Shown one piece after another: positions 23,880 through 38,950 of a stretch of DNA of 64,000 bases (the stretch's first letter is position 1; each line of letters starts with the position of its first letter). The position numbers were made by a program, and so were the translations under genes. Source of the DNA: Eledone cirrhosa (lineage: Eukaryota); the NCBI GenBank assembly GCA_964016885.1, contig OZ024743.1:84630001-84694000 (forward strand), in the 5' to 3' direction. The notes beneath the pieces are model-generated. The model was not told the DNA's origin and did not search any database. It worked only from the letters and a program-made list of their open reading frames with translations.

Positions 23880-24250
23880 TTTATCACATAACATGTTACA
23901 TCGTCACATGACATGTTATATTGTCGCATGACATGCTACATCGTCACATGACATGTTACGTCAAGTGGCATATTACATCGTCACATGACATGTGACATTG
24001 TCACAACAGGTTACATCATCACATTATGTGTTACATTGTCATGTGGCATGTTACATTATCACATGACATGTTACATTGTCATGTGACATTGTCACAACAG
24101 GTTTATCATCACATGATGTGTTACTAAATCATGTGACATGTTGCATTGTCACATGACATGTTACATCATCATGTGACATATTACATTGTTACATGACAAG
24201 TTGCTTTGTCTCATGCCATGTTACATCATCATTTAACATGTTACATCACA
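23880..24250. repeat. 20-bp degenerate tandem repeat (tcgtcacatgacatgttaca)
   Basis: Period 20 is visible at 23901-23960. Confidence 0.88.
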
Positions 24251-24329
24251 GCAGGCCGGCAGCTATCACATTCTGTTGACTTTCCCATCATACAGAGTAT
24301 GACATGATAACAATAACACTGTGTAGAAT

Positions 24330-27300
24330 ATCACAACACTTTAATATCACAACACACCAACACTGTAATATCACAACACAACAACACGCTAATATCACAA
24401 CACAACAACACTGTAATATCACAACACACCTGCACTCTAATATCACAACACAACAACACTCTAATATCACAACACAAGAATACTCTAATATCACAACACA
24501 ACAACACTGTAATATCACAACACAACAACACTCTAATATCACAACACAACAACACTGTGATATCACAACACAACACACCAACACTGTAATATCACAACAC
24601 AACAACACTCTAATATCACAACACAACAACACTCTAATATCACACCACAACAACACTCTAATATCACAACGCAACAACACTATAATATCATAACACACCA
24701 ACACTGTAATATCACAACACACCAACACTCTAATATCACAACACAACAACACTGTAATATCACAACACAACAACACTGTAATATCACAACACAACAACAC
24801 TGTAATATCACAACACAACAACACTCTAATATCACAACACAACAACACTCTAATATCACAACACACCAACACTTTAATATCACAACACAACAACACTCTA
24901 ATATCACAACACAACAACACTGTAATATCACAACACAACAACACTGTAATATCACAACACAACAAAACTTTAATATCACAACACAACAACACTCTAATAT
25001 CACAACACACCAACACTCTAATATCACAACACACCAACACTTCAATATCACAACACACCAACACTGTAATATCACAACACAACAACACTCTAATATCACA
25101 ACACAACAACACTGTAATATCACAACACAACAACACTCTAATATCACAACACAACAACACTCTAATATCACAACACAACAACACTCTAATATCACAACAC
25201 AACAACACTGTGATATCACAACACAACAACACTGTAATATCACAACACAACAACACTGTAATATCACAACACAACAACACTCTAATATCACAACACAACA
25301 ACACTCTAATATCACAACACACCAACACTTTAATATCACAACACAACAACACTCTAATATCACAACACAACAACACTGTGATATCACAACACAACAACAC
25401 TGTAATATCACAACACAACAACACTCTAATATCACAACACACCAACACTTTAATATCACAACACACCAACACTTTAATATCACAACACACCAACACTGTA
25501 ATATCACAACACAACAACACTCTAATATCACAACACAACAACACTGTGATATCACAACACAACAACACTGTAATATCACAACACACCAACACTGTAATAT
25601 CACAACACAACAACACTGTAATATCACAACACAAAAACACTCTAATATCACAACACACCAACACTCTAATATCACACCACAACAACACTCTAAAATCACA
25701 CCACAACAACACTCTAATATCACACCACAACAACAATGTAATATCACAACACAACAACACTGTGATATCACAACACAACACTCTAATATCACATCACACC
25801 AACACTGTAATATCACAACACAACAACACTGTAATATCACAACACAACAACACTGTAATATCACAACACACCAACACTGTAATATCACAACACACCAACA
25901 CTGTAATATCACAACACAACAACACTTTAATATCACAACACAAGAATATTCTAATATCACACCACAACAACACTGTAATATCACAACACAACAACACTCT
26001 AATATCACACCACAACAACACTGTAATATCACAACACACCAACACAGTAATATCACAACACAACAACACTCTAATATCACAACAAAACAACACTGTAATA
26101 TCACAACACAACAACACTCTAATATCACAACACAACAACACTGTAATATCACATCACAACACAGTAATATCACAACACAACAACACTCTAATATCACAAC
26201 AAAACAACACTAATATCACAACACAACAACACTCTAATATCACAACACAACAACACTCTAATATCACACCACCACAACACTCTAATATCACAACACACCA
26301 ACACTGTAATATCACAACACAACAACACTCTAATATCACAACACACCAACACTCTAATATCACAACACAACAACACTCTAATATCACAAACAATAACACT
26401 CTAATATCACAACACAACATAATAACACTGTAATATCACAACACAACACAACAACACTCTAATATCACAACACAACAACACTGTAATATCACACCACAAC
26501 AACACTCTAATATCACAACACAACAACACTCTAATATCACAACACAACAACACTGTAATATCACAACACAACAACACTGTAATATCACAACACAACAACA
26601 CTGTAATATCACAACACACCAACACTGTAATATCACAACAAAACAACACTGTAATATCACAACACAACAACACTCTAATATCACAACACAAGAATATTCT
26701 AATATCACACCACAACAACACTGTAATATCACAACACAACAACACTCTAATATCACAACACACCAACACTGTAATATCACAACACAACAACACTGTAATA
26801 TCACAACAACACTCTAATATCACAACACACCAACATTCTAATATCACACCACAACAACACTCTAATATCACACCACAACAACACTCTAATATCACACCAC
26901 AACACTGTAATATCACAACACAACAACACTGTGATATCACAACACAACACTCTAATATCACATCACACCAACACTGTAATATCACAACACAACAACACTG
27001 TAATATCACAACACAACAACACTCTAATATCACAACACAAGAATATTCTAATATCACACCACAACAACACTGTAATATCACAACACAACAACACTCTAAT
27101 ATAACACCACAACAACACTGTAATATCACAACACACCAACACAGTAATATCACAACACAACAACACTCTACTATCACAACAAAACAACACTGTAATATCA
27201 CAACACAACAACACTCTAATATCACAACACAACAACACTGTAATATCACATCACAACACAGTAATATCACAACACAACAACACTCTAATATCACAACACA

Positions 27301-30300
27301 ATAACACTCTAATATCACAACACAACATAATAACACTGTAATATCACAACACAACACAACAACACTCTAATATCACAACACAACAACACTGTAATATCAC
27401 ACCACAACAACACTCTAATATCACAACACAACAACACTCTAATATCACAACACAACAACACTGTAATATCACAACACAACAACACTGTAATATCACAACA
27501 CAACAACACTGTAATATCACAACACACCAACACTGTAATATCACAACAAAACAACACTGTAATATCACAACACAACAACACTCTAATATCACAACACAAG
27601 AATATTCTAATATCACACCACAACAACACTGTAATATCACAACACAACAACACTGTAATATCACAACACAACAACACTTTAATATCACAACACAACAACA
27701 CTGTAATATCACAACACAACAACACTGTAATATCACAACACAACAACACTCTAATATCACAACACAACAACACTCTAATATCACAACACACCAACACTTT
27801 AATATCACAACACAACAACACTCTAATATCACAACACAACAACACTGTGATATCACAACACAACAACACTGTAATATCACAGCACAACAACACTCTAATA
27901 TCAGAACACACCAACACTTTAATATCACAACACACCAACACTGTAATATCACAACACAACAACACTCTAATATCACAACACAACAACACTCTAATATCAC
28001 AACACAACAACACTGTGATATCACAACACAACAACACTGTAATATCATAACACACCAACACTGTAATATCACAACACAACAACACTGTAATATCACAACA
28101 CAACAACACTCTAATATCACACCACAACAACACTCTAATATCACACCACAACAACACTCTAATATCACACCACAACAACACTGTAATATCACAACACAAC
28201 AACACTGTGATATCACAACACAACACTCTAATATCACATCACACCAACACTGTAATATCACAACACAACAACACTGTAATATCACAACACAACAACACCG
28301 TAATATCACAACACACCAACACTGTAATATCACAACACACCAACACTGTAATATCACAACACAACAACACTCTAATATCACAACAAAACAACACTGTAAT
28401 ATCACAACACAACAACACTCTAATATCACAACACAACAACACTGTAATATCACATCACAACACAGTAATATCACAACACAACAACACTCTAATATCACAA
28501 CAAAACAACACTAATATCACAACACAACAACACTCTAATATCACAACACAACAACACTCTAATATCACAACACAACAACACTCTAATATCACACCACCAC
28601 AACACTCTAATATCACAACACACCAACACTGTAATATCACAACAACACTCTAATATCACAACACACCAACACTCTAATATCACAACACAACAACACTCTA
28701 ATATCACAACACAACAACACTCTAATATCACAACACACCAACACTCTAATATCACACCACAACAACACTCTAATATCACAACACAACAACACTGTAATAT
28801 CACAACACAACAACACTGTAATATCACAACACAATAACACTCTAATATCACAACATAATAACACTGTAATATCACAACACAACACAACACAACAACACTC
28901 TAATATCACAACACAACAACACTGTAATATCACACCACAACAACACTCTAATATCACAACACAACAACACTGTAATATCACAACACAACAACACTGTAAT
29001 GTCACAACACAACAACACTGTAATATCACAACACACCAACACTGTAATATCACAACAAAACAACACTGTAATATCACAACACAACAACACTCTAATATCA
29101 CAACACACCAACACTTTAATATCACAACACACCAACACTGTAATATTACAACACACCAACACTGTAATATCACAACACAACAACACTCTAATATCACAAC
29201 ACAACAACACTCTAATATCACAACACAACAACACTGTAATATCACAACACAACAACACTCTAATATCACAACACAACAACACTCTAATATCACAACACAC
29301 CAATACTGTAATATCACAACACAACACCACTCTAATATCACAACACAACAACACTCTAATATCACAACACAACAACACTGTAATATCACAACACAACAAC
29401 ACTGTAATATCACAACACACCAACACTGTAATATCACAACACAACAACACTCTAATATCACAACACAACAACACTCTAATATCACAACACACCAACACTC
29501 TAATATCACACCACAACAACACTCTAATATCACACCACAACAACACTCTAATATCACACCACAACAACACTGTAATATCACAACACAACAACACTGTGAT
29601 ATCACAACACAACACTCTAATATCACAACACACCAACACTGTAATATCACAACACAACAACACTGTAATATCACAACACAACAACACTGTAATATCACAA
29701 CACACCAACACTGTAATATCACAACACACCAACACTGTAATATCACAACACACCAACACTGTAATATCACAACACACCAACACTGTAATATCACAACACA
29801 ACAACACTCTAATATCACAACACAAGAATATTCTAATATCACACCACAACAACACTGTAATATCACAACACAACAACACTGTAATATCACAACACAACAA
29901 CACTCTAATATCACAACACAACAACACTCTAATATCACAACACAAAAACACTCTAATATCACAACACAACAACACTCTAATATCACAACACAACAACACT
30001 CTAATATCACAACACAACAACACTCTAATATCACAACACAACAACACTCTAATATCACACCACAACAACACTCTAATATCACACCACAACAACACTCTAA
30101 TATCACAACACAACAACACTGTAATATCACAACACAACAACACTGTAATATCACAACACAATAACACTCTAATATCACAACACAACATAATAACACTGTA
30201 ATATCACAACACAACACAACAACACTGTAATATCACAACACAACAACACTGTAATATCACAACACAACAACACTGTAATATCACAACACACCAACACTTT

Positions 30301-30385
30301 AATATCACAACACAACAACACTGTAATATCACAACACAACAACACTCTAATATCACAACACAACAACACTATATCACAACACATC
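24330..30385. repeat. Intronic satellite, 24-bp unit taatatcacaacacaacaacact(c/g), about 250 copies
   Basis: Perfect periodicity. It generates the spurious ISQHNNTL and CCDITVLL ORFs. Confidence 0.98.
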
Positions 30386-30602
30386 ACCATATCACATAAC
30401 AACGCTACTATGTCATAGCCATTGTTAGTAGGTTGGTTGGTGACTGTTCTATATTCATCTCCTCCCTGTTCTATTCTGTTCCTGTGTCCAGATCTCAATC
30501 ATTGTTTATGTGAAACTCCCACCATTACTATCATCGCTACCATCACCACCATCATCAATGTTCTATATTCACCTCCTCCCTCCTTTCTTCTCCTCTTCCC
30601 AG

Positions 30603-30709
30603 ACCTCAATCATCGATTATGTGAAGCCATCAAGTTTAAAGAAAGAACTCAATGATAAGTTCAGCAAACGTTTTCCATCAATCCAGTTGACTCTCAGCAA
30701 GTTACGAAG
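30603..30709 (+). CDS. CABLES1: CABLES exon ([36 protein letters not shown]), 107 nt
   Basis: Long pyrimidine tract ending ccag, and AG|gtagga donor, phase 0 to 2. Strong family motif. Confidence 0.96.
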
Positions 30710-30724
30710 GTAGGACATTGTATT

Positions 30725-31395
<671 letters not shown>

Positions 31396-32572
31396 CACAC
31401 ATATATATATATATAAATATATAAAAAGACCGTTATTGCTCCAATTAGTCTACTCACCTATCAGATACACTAAGCTCAAAGCCAATCTGTACCCATGACT
31501 TCTGCCAAACAAACCAATACTCACCCTCCAAAATCGTCATATCATATGTGAACCACCTATCTGCAGCGACTACGACCCCATTACATAATAGGCCATAATA
31601 GGCCCTCTCATATGTAGACCCTCAAAATATACACTAAATAGTGAAAAAGAAAAAGTTTCTTGTCACTAATGTACAGGACATCTCAATGAAAAGATAGCTG
31701 AAAATATCTAGATCAGAGATGCATATAAACATAGTTTAACTTATGCCAAAGTCTACGTAGGTAGGGAATACAAGCCAAACTAACTACTACAAGAGTTTCA
31801 CTCAAATTTTATCATTAACCACAGTTTTAAGAAACAATATTAATTATCCTAATAAACAAAAACTTCTTCATCAGAGAAAACTCCTTCATCAGAGGGATTC
31901 TCAGTTAGCATGCAGACCTTATCCTTATCAAAATAGCATGGTGCTAGCACAAAGCACCCAGCACACGCTGTAAATGTGGTTGACATTAGGAAGGGCATCC
32001 AGCTGTAGCAACCAAGCCAAAATCGGTCCAGTACGAGCAAGATGTGGTCATCTGCTCTGGATTGGCTCACATCTGGACAACTCGTTTAACCCATGCTAGC
32101 TTGGAAAAATGGACGTTAAACAGTGATCATGATGATGATGGTGCATTCAGTTATACACATATATAGTTCAACCACTGTGTATCAAGAACAATATGACAGG
32201 TTGGTAATGAGGCTAGAAATAGCACCCATGGAGCCTGTCTACAGCAACTCAACAATAAAGGAGTAGTAAATATCAAACAAAGAGAAAAAGAAAAAGTGTT
32301 TTTGTCACTGATGTGACATTCTCTTGTATTCCTCTTACAGAAACTTTGACATAATTCAAACTATGTTTATATATATATATATATGCAAATGGCAAACAGA
32401 AAAAAACAAAGCAAACGACATAATACAATGAAGAAATATATTATTAGTTTTACGCTTGATATAGTAGGAAAAGAGTTTTAACATTTCGGATGCTAGTCTT
32501 TCATCAGAAGATAGAATGAGAAATTAAAGAAATAAATGATTGAGGATACATGGATGACGGAAACGGAAAAAA

Positions 32573-32605
<33 letters not shown>

Positions 32606-32679
32606 CACCACCTTTCTCTCTTTGTCTCCCCACCTGCTTCATTCTCTTTCGCTTTCTATATGTATATATATCTCACCAA

Positions 32680-32717
<38 letters not shown>

Positions 32718-32736
32718 TCTTTTGTTTATTTTACAG

Positions 32737-32773
32737 TTTGAAGAAACAGATGAAAATAATAGCACATATCAAA
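32737..32773 (+). CDS. CABLES1: CABLES exon (LKKQMKIIAHIK), 37 nt
   Basis: tttattttacag acceptor and AAA|gtaaga donor, phase 2 to 0. Resembles SLKREMRKLA. Confidence 0.92.
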
Positions 32774-33715
32774 GTAAGACATAATTTAGACATATTACTG
32801 TTTTGTACAGACACACACATATATAATAAAATAATAATAATAATAATGAAATTATTGTGTAAAGTGCTCAGGTGCAGTACAACTCGTCAAAGGTGCATGT
32901 ATAGTACATCGAATAATATACGAATGTCAGGGAAGGGAATAGTGTATGAGTCATGATATACATGTGTGTATGTGTATGGCACCATTTTACGCCCACTCTT
33001 TCACGCTAGCATGGGTTAGACGGGTTGTCCTGTTGTGGGCAATGCCAGGTCGGGTGACCATGTCTTGTTCATACAGAACTGATTTTGGCCTGATTTCTAC
33101 AGCTGGATGCCCTTCCTAACACCAACCTCATTTACAGTGTTGACTGGGTGTTTTTTGTCATGACACCTACACGACCACTTTACAGTGTGGACTGGGTGCT
33201 TTTTATTGTGACACCTACACGACCACTTTACAGTGGGAAGGGGGGAGGCATACTGTCTATGTGCTCCAGCTTCGGCTTGTACCTGTGGGAAGTCAGGTCT
33301 TGTGTATTACTGTGTAACGCCAGTCCTGTCTCATCACCTTTGAGAGGTGCAACATATATATACTGTAAGGAAAGACAAACACAGATATTTTAAACTCAAT
33401 AATATACTTTTGATATATATACATATAGTGTACTCAGCTGAAAATGAGTACCAGTAATAGCTGGGGGTTTAAACCTGTGATGGACTAGCATCCTGTCCAT
33501 GGGGAAGTCTTGTACTCTCAGTACATAAAACCGGGATAAGCACCGACCAAATGAGCCTTCTGGCTGCAGACAGACTGTAGATATATATATATTGGAAAAT
33601 GTGTGAGATCTTTGGTATATTTAAAAAAAGGAAAAGAATGACTTCACTTGTAGTTGATATTCTCTTACAATTTAATTTTATGATTTTATAATTTTGCTAT
33701 GTCTACATAGCAAAA

Positions 33716-35201
33716 TAGTAGTCAAGGTTTGACATGCCATCTATCTTTTTCGTGATTGCCCTTTGGGGAGCTTCAAGTTTCATGATACTTTGTTTCGTGT
33801 GGGGAGACCACAGTGGACAACAGTATTCAAGGTGTGGTCGGGCAAAAGTGGAGAAGAGAAGGATAATGGTGTGGGAATCTCTCGACTGGAAGGTTCTGAG
33901 GATCCAGGAACACATTCTGCAGGCCATGTCAACTTTGCTGCTTATATGCGTGGCCCAGCTTATGTTGCTGTCCACGGTTACTCCCAAGTCTCTGATGTTG
34001 TTAGATGCCACGAGAGTTTCACCGGAGGGAAAGGAGTACGGGAGTTTCAGAGCATCCTCTTTTCCAAAGTGGATCAGTTCGAATTTGTCTTCGTTCAGTA
34101 ACATGTTGTTCTTTTCCGCCCATTGGGTAACAGCCAGTAGGTCTGACTGAAGGCTTATCCGGTCATCCACGCCATTGATGACCTTTTGGAGCTTGGAATC
34201 ATCAGCGAAAATTCTAATGTTGCTGTGTTTGATGATGTCAGTGATGTCATTAATGTAGATGATAAAGAGAAGTGGGCACAACACAGTGCCTTGTGGGACC
34301 CCACTACTGACTTGGCTGGGCTGGATTTGACTCCCTCAACTACAACATGTTGGGTTCTGTTTGACAGGAAGCTCTTGATCCACTGCAGCAGCTTTCCAGT
34401 GACACCAATATTGGGCAGCTTTCTCAGTAGAATGTTGTGATCAACCCTGTCAAAGGCCTTGCTGAAATCAAGGTAGATAATATCAGTGTTGGAACCCTCT
34501 CCCAAGGCTCTCAAAATGTCATCAAAGTGATGCAGTAGCTGCGTCAGGCAATCCCTTCCATTACGGAATCCATACTGGTTGGAGTTCAGCATATTGTTAC
34601 TCTCAAGGAAGTGAGTCATTCGCGATCTCACTATTCTCTCAAATACCTTAATGATATGAGAGGTGAGATTGGACGGTAATTCATGGCAAGGGATTTGTTT
34701 CCTGTTTTGAAAACTGGGACAACAGACTAGGATAGAAGGTTTTCGGGCACATCTCCAGCATGTTGGTGTTGACACGCCTTCAAGACACAAGCAGGGAACC
34801 TATCGGGACCTACTGCTGAATTATGCTTGATTTCCTTTATTGCCGCTAAGACATCAGAGGCACCAAACGTTATGTCCGATAAGGTGTAATGGGGAGTAAC
34901 ATCACCGATACAGCCCAGATCGGCCATATCAGGATTGCTGAAAACAGAACAGTATTGTTTCTGCAGTATCTCACCCATGGTTTTAGCATTGTCTTGAAGA
35001 GTGCCATTTTCATCAATTAGAGGGCCAACAGTAGAGCCAGTGATTTTGTGTTTTTTTGCAAATGAAAAGACTGTATATATATATAGATGTATGTATACAT
35101 ATATATATATATATACATATATGTATATATACATATATGTATATATACATATATGTATATATATATATATATATATATGTGTATATATTTATATATATAT
35201 A

Positions 35202-35232
<31 letters not shown>

Positions 35233-36025
35233 GTGTATATATATATTTATATATATATATATATGTATATGTATATGTGTGTATATATATATATGTATAT
35301 GTGTGTATATATATATATGTATATGTGTGTATATATATATATGTATATGTATATGTGTGTATATATATGTATATGTATATGTGTGTATTTATATATATGT
35401 ATGTATATATATATGTTATGTCAGGTCACCAGTTGGTGCTACTGGTAACGTGTACCCCAGTACAACCTGTCCCATGGTCAGGTCGTTGGCGACTAAACTG
35501 GCAACCCCGCCAAGGTTTCTTGGTGAGGAGGATGACTTTGGACATCCTGCAGGACTAAAAACAAAACCTGTCAAAGGGCAAAGGAGCTCTTAAGAGTCAA
35601 TGGCCATCCAAAATCACTGGGAGAGATGACCCCTTAGCCTTTGTCAAGGCAGAATTCTAGGAAAAGGAAAACTCTGATATAACACCTGCAGCCCTGATGG
35701 TATCCAATGATGTTGACTTGTTCTTCTTTTTGGTAAATATCATCTTGGTTAAGAGAGTGGGACTGGTTTTGTGCAGTGCCTTTGCTCACTATAAAAGCTT
35801 CACGGCACAGGCATTGCTTTATATCTAGAGATCTCTCTGCACTTGTCGTCACATGGTACCATGGGCCCAGCACTGTGTCAATAGTTCTCACAAGTGTAGT
35901 GTTTGTACCAGAGTTTTCAAGTCGCTGACTGGACTGGGAAGTCACACTCGTTCAGCGCATCGGTAGGGGCTCTCCTACATGGATATAAAGTAGTGGCCGT
36001 ACTCAAAAACAAGTTGGCATCCACC
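33716..36025 (-). mobile_element. Fragmented CR1/L2-group LINE (RT with FADD), interrupted by microsatellites and another insert
   Basis: VGPL, GPD.FPA, LTSHIIKVFE, YLDFSKAFD, FADD, RDLGV, RPHLEYC..W.P; frameshifted. Confidence 0.88.
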
Positions 36026-36116
36026 ATATATATATGTATGTATATATGTATATATATATATATATGTATATATGTGTATATATATATATGTATATATGTG
36101 TATATATATATATGTA

Positions 36117-36157
<41 letters not shown>

Positions 36158-36349
36158 ATATATGTGTATATATATATATGTATATATGTGTATATATATA
36201 TATGTATATATGTGTATATATATATATGTATATATGTGTATATATATATGTGTATATATATATATATGTATATATGTGTATATATATATTTCGTTTCTGA
36301 ATTTGTTTAGCAAGATTCTTTATCTGAAATCGTGTGTTGAAACCGATAT

Positions 36350-36848
36350 TGTTATACTTTGGGAGGGTCATGTTGCCAATACAACAAAAATTAAATAGAA
36401 AATATGAGTGGAACAGCAACATCACAACTTACAATTAAGGACAAAATGAAAACACACACACACATAGAACAAACAACCAACCAATAACATGTAAATAAAT
36501 AAACAAATAGATAAATGAACACAAACACACACAGACACCCGGATGTGGCGCGTGCGCAAACTGAGCACACAACACACACACAGAAACAAAATGGCGTAGG
36601 ACAGAAGAAAGGAAAGGCACAGAAACAAAGAAGGAATCCCCAGTCACTGAAGAGGTCACAGAGTGTGTGACGAAAGGACTATGACTATATATAAACAACT
36701 ATCTGGTTGTGGAACCAACCAACCAACCAGAAATTTATAAATTTGTAGATTTGTAAATTTATAAATTTATAAATATATAATAAATTGAAGTGAAAGCAAC
36801 TGGTGCGTGTGTTTCTTATTGGCAACATGACCCTCCCAAAGTATAACA
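36350..36848. mobile_element. Non-autonomous element with perfect 32-bp TIRs, TGT...ACA termini
   Basis: tgttatactttgggagggtcatgttgccaata and its exact reverse complement at 36817-36848. Confidence 0.8.
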
Positions 36849-37031
36849 TTATGTATATATATATATATATGTAGATATGTGTATATATATATATGTATGT
36901 ATATATGTGTATATATGTATATATGTGTATGTATATATGTGTGTATATATGTGTATGTATATATGTGTATATATGTATATATGTGTATATATATATGTAT
37001 ATATATATATATATGTATATATGTGTATATA

Positions 37032-37086
<55 letters not shown>

Positions 37087-37445
37087 GTGTATATATATAT
37101 GTATATATGTGTATATATATATGTATATATGTGTATATATATATGTATATATGTGTATATATATATGTATATATGTGTATATGTATATATGTGTATATAT
37201 ATATGTATATATGTGTATATATATATGTATATATGTGTATATATATATGTATATATGTGTATATATGTGTATATATATATGTATATATGTGTATATATAT
37301 ATATGTATGTATATATGTGTATATATATGTATATATGTGTATATATATATGTATATATGTGTATGTGTATATATATATATGTATATATGTGTATATATAT
37401 ATATGTATGTATATATGTGTATATATATATATATATATATGGTAT

Positions 37446-38940
37446 AGGTTAGAATTAACAACGAATATAGTGAAGAGTTTAGCGTAAAAGTTGGCGTCCA
37501 TCAGGGCTCTGTTCTCAGCCCCCTACAATTTATTATTGCCCTTCAGGCTATAACAGAGGAGTTCAAGACTGGCTGCCCATGGGAACTCCTATACCCAGAC
37601 GACCTGACACTCATAGCTGAATCAATGGCCGAGCTAGAGAAGAAATTCCAAACATGGAAGCACGGCCTAGAATCAAAAGGCCTTAAAATTAACCTGGCTA
37701 AGACTAAAGTTCTAGTTTGTAGGAAAGAAAATAAGGCGGCGGTCCCTTCCGGGAAATGGCCATGCTCAGTGTGTAGGAAAGGCGTAGGGAGAAACTCCAT
37801 TTTATGTCCCAAATGCAAAGTATGGGTGCATAAAAGATGTAGTGGGATCACAGGTAAGCTAACTAAGAACATAGATTTTACATGTGGGTGGTGCTCTGGT
37901 GCAATAAGTAGCAGCAAGTGCCCACAAAATACTAGCTCTTACAACTGCGCAGAGGGCTCTATAGAAATAGTGGACAGCTTCCGTTACCTGGGTGACAAAA
38001 TCAGCAGTGGGGGAGGGTGCTCTGAAAGTACAGTAGCTAGAGTCAGAACTGGATGGAAAAAGTTCAGAGAACTTATACCACTATTAGCCGCTAAAGGGTT
38101 CTCCCTAAAAATGAAAGGCAGGTTGTTTGATGCCTGCATACGAACAGCAATGTTGCATGGCAGTGAGACCTGGGCATTGTGTGCAGAGGATATACGCAGA
38201 CTAGAGAGGAACAAAGCTTGCATGCTCCGCTGGATGTGTAATAGTAATATACGTGAACGGCAAAGCATAAACGAACTAAGGAAAAAATTAGAAATAAGAG
38301 GGATCAGATGTTGTTTACTCGAGAGAAGGCTACGTTGGTATGGACACGTGATGCGCATGAAAGTCGATAGCTGTATAACAAAGTGCAGGGCAATAAAGAT
38401 AGATGGTAGCCACGGAATAGGCAGACCTAGAAAATCCTGGGACGAGCTGATAAACTCCGACCTCACACACTTACACCTCTCCAAGACAATGTCACTGGAC
38501 CGAGACCTTTGGCGGTACTCAGTAATAGAGAAGACCCGCCTTACCTAAATACATAGTAAAACCTACTACAGCCAGTAGGCATCTCTAACAAAATACACCC
38601 CCGTCCCACCACCCCCACCCCATCCACACCACCCCTTCCTATGTAAAGTTATGTTGGTGCCACACCATCCAGGCCGAAACAAATGAGATCGTGTAGGTGT
38701 CACGACAAAAAAACACACAGTCCACGCTGTAATGTGGCCGTGTAGGCAACACGGTAAAAACCTCCCAGACCCACACTGTAAATGTGGTTGGTGTTAGGAA
38801 GGGCATCCAACTGTAGAAAACCTGCCAGACAGTCCTATGCGAGCAAGACAATCACTCTTGCCTCAAGTGGGAATACCCCCGTCCAAACCCATGCAAGCGT
38901 GGAACACGGACGTTAAACGTTGATGATGATGATGATGATG
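37446..38940 (+). mobile_element. 5'-truncated RTE LINE copy 2 (YADD mutated to YPDD)
   Basis: Protein nearly identical to the 11346-12461 copy; full 3' UTR and (GAT)n tail. Confidence 0.95.
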
Positions 38941-38950
38941 ATATATGTAT

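Noticed and set aside
24288-30217. Long Cys-rich (CCDITVLL, CCVVILQC) and ISQHNNTL ORFs
   Set aside because: Translations of a 24-bp satellite, open in several frames on both strands and inside an intron.
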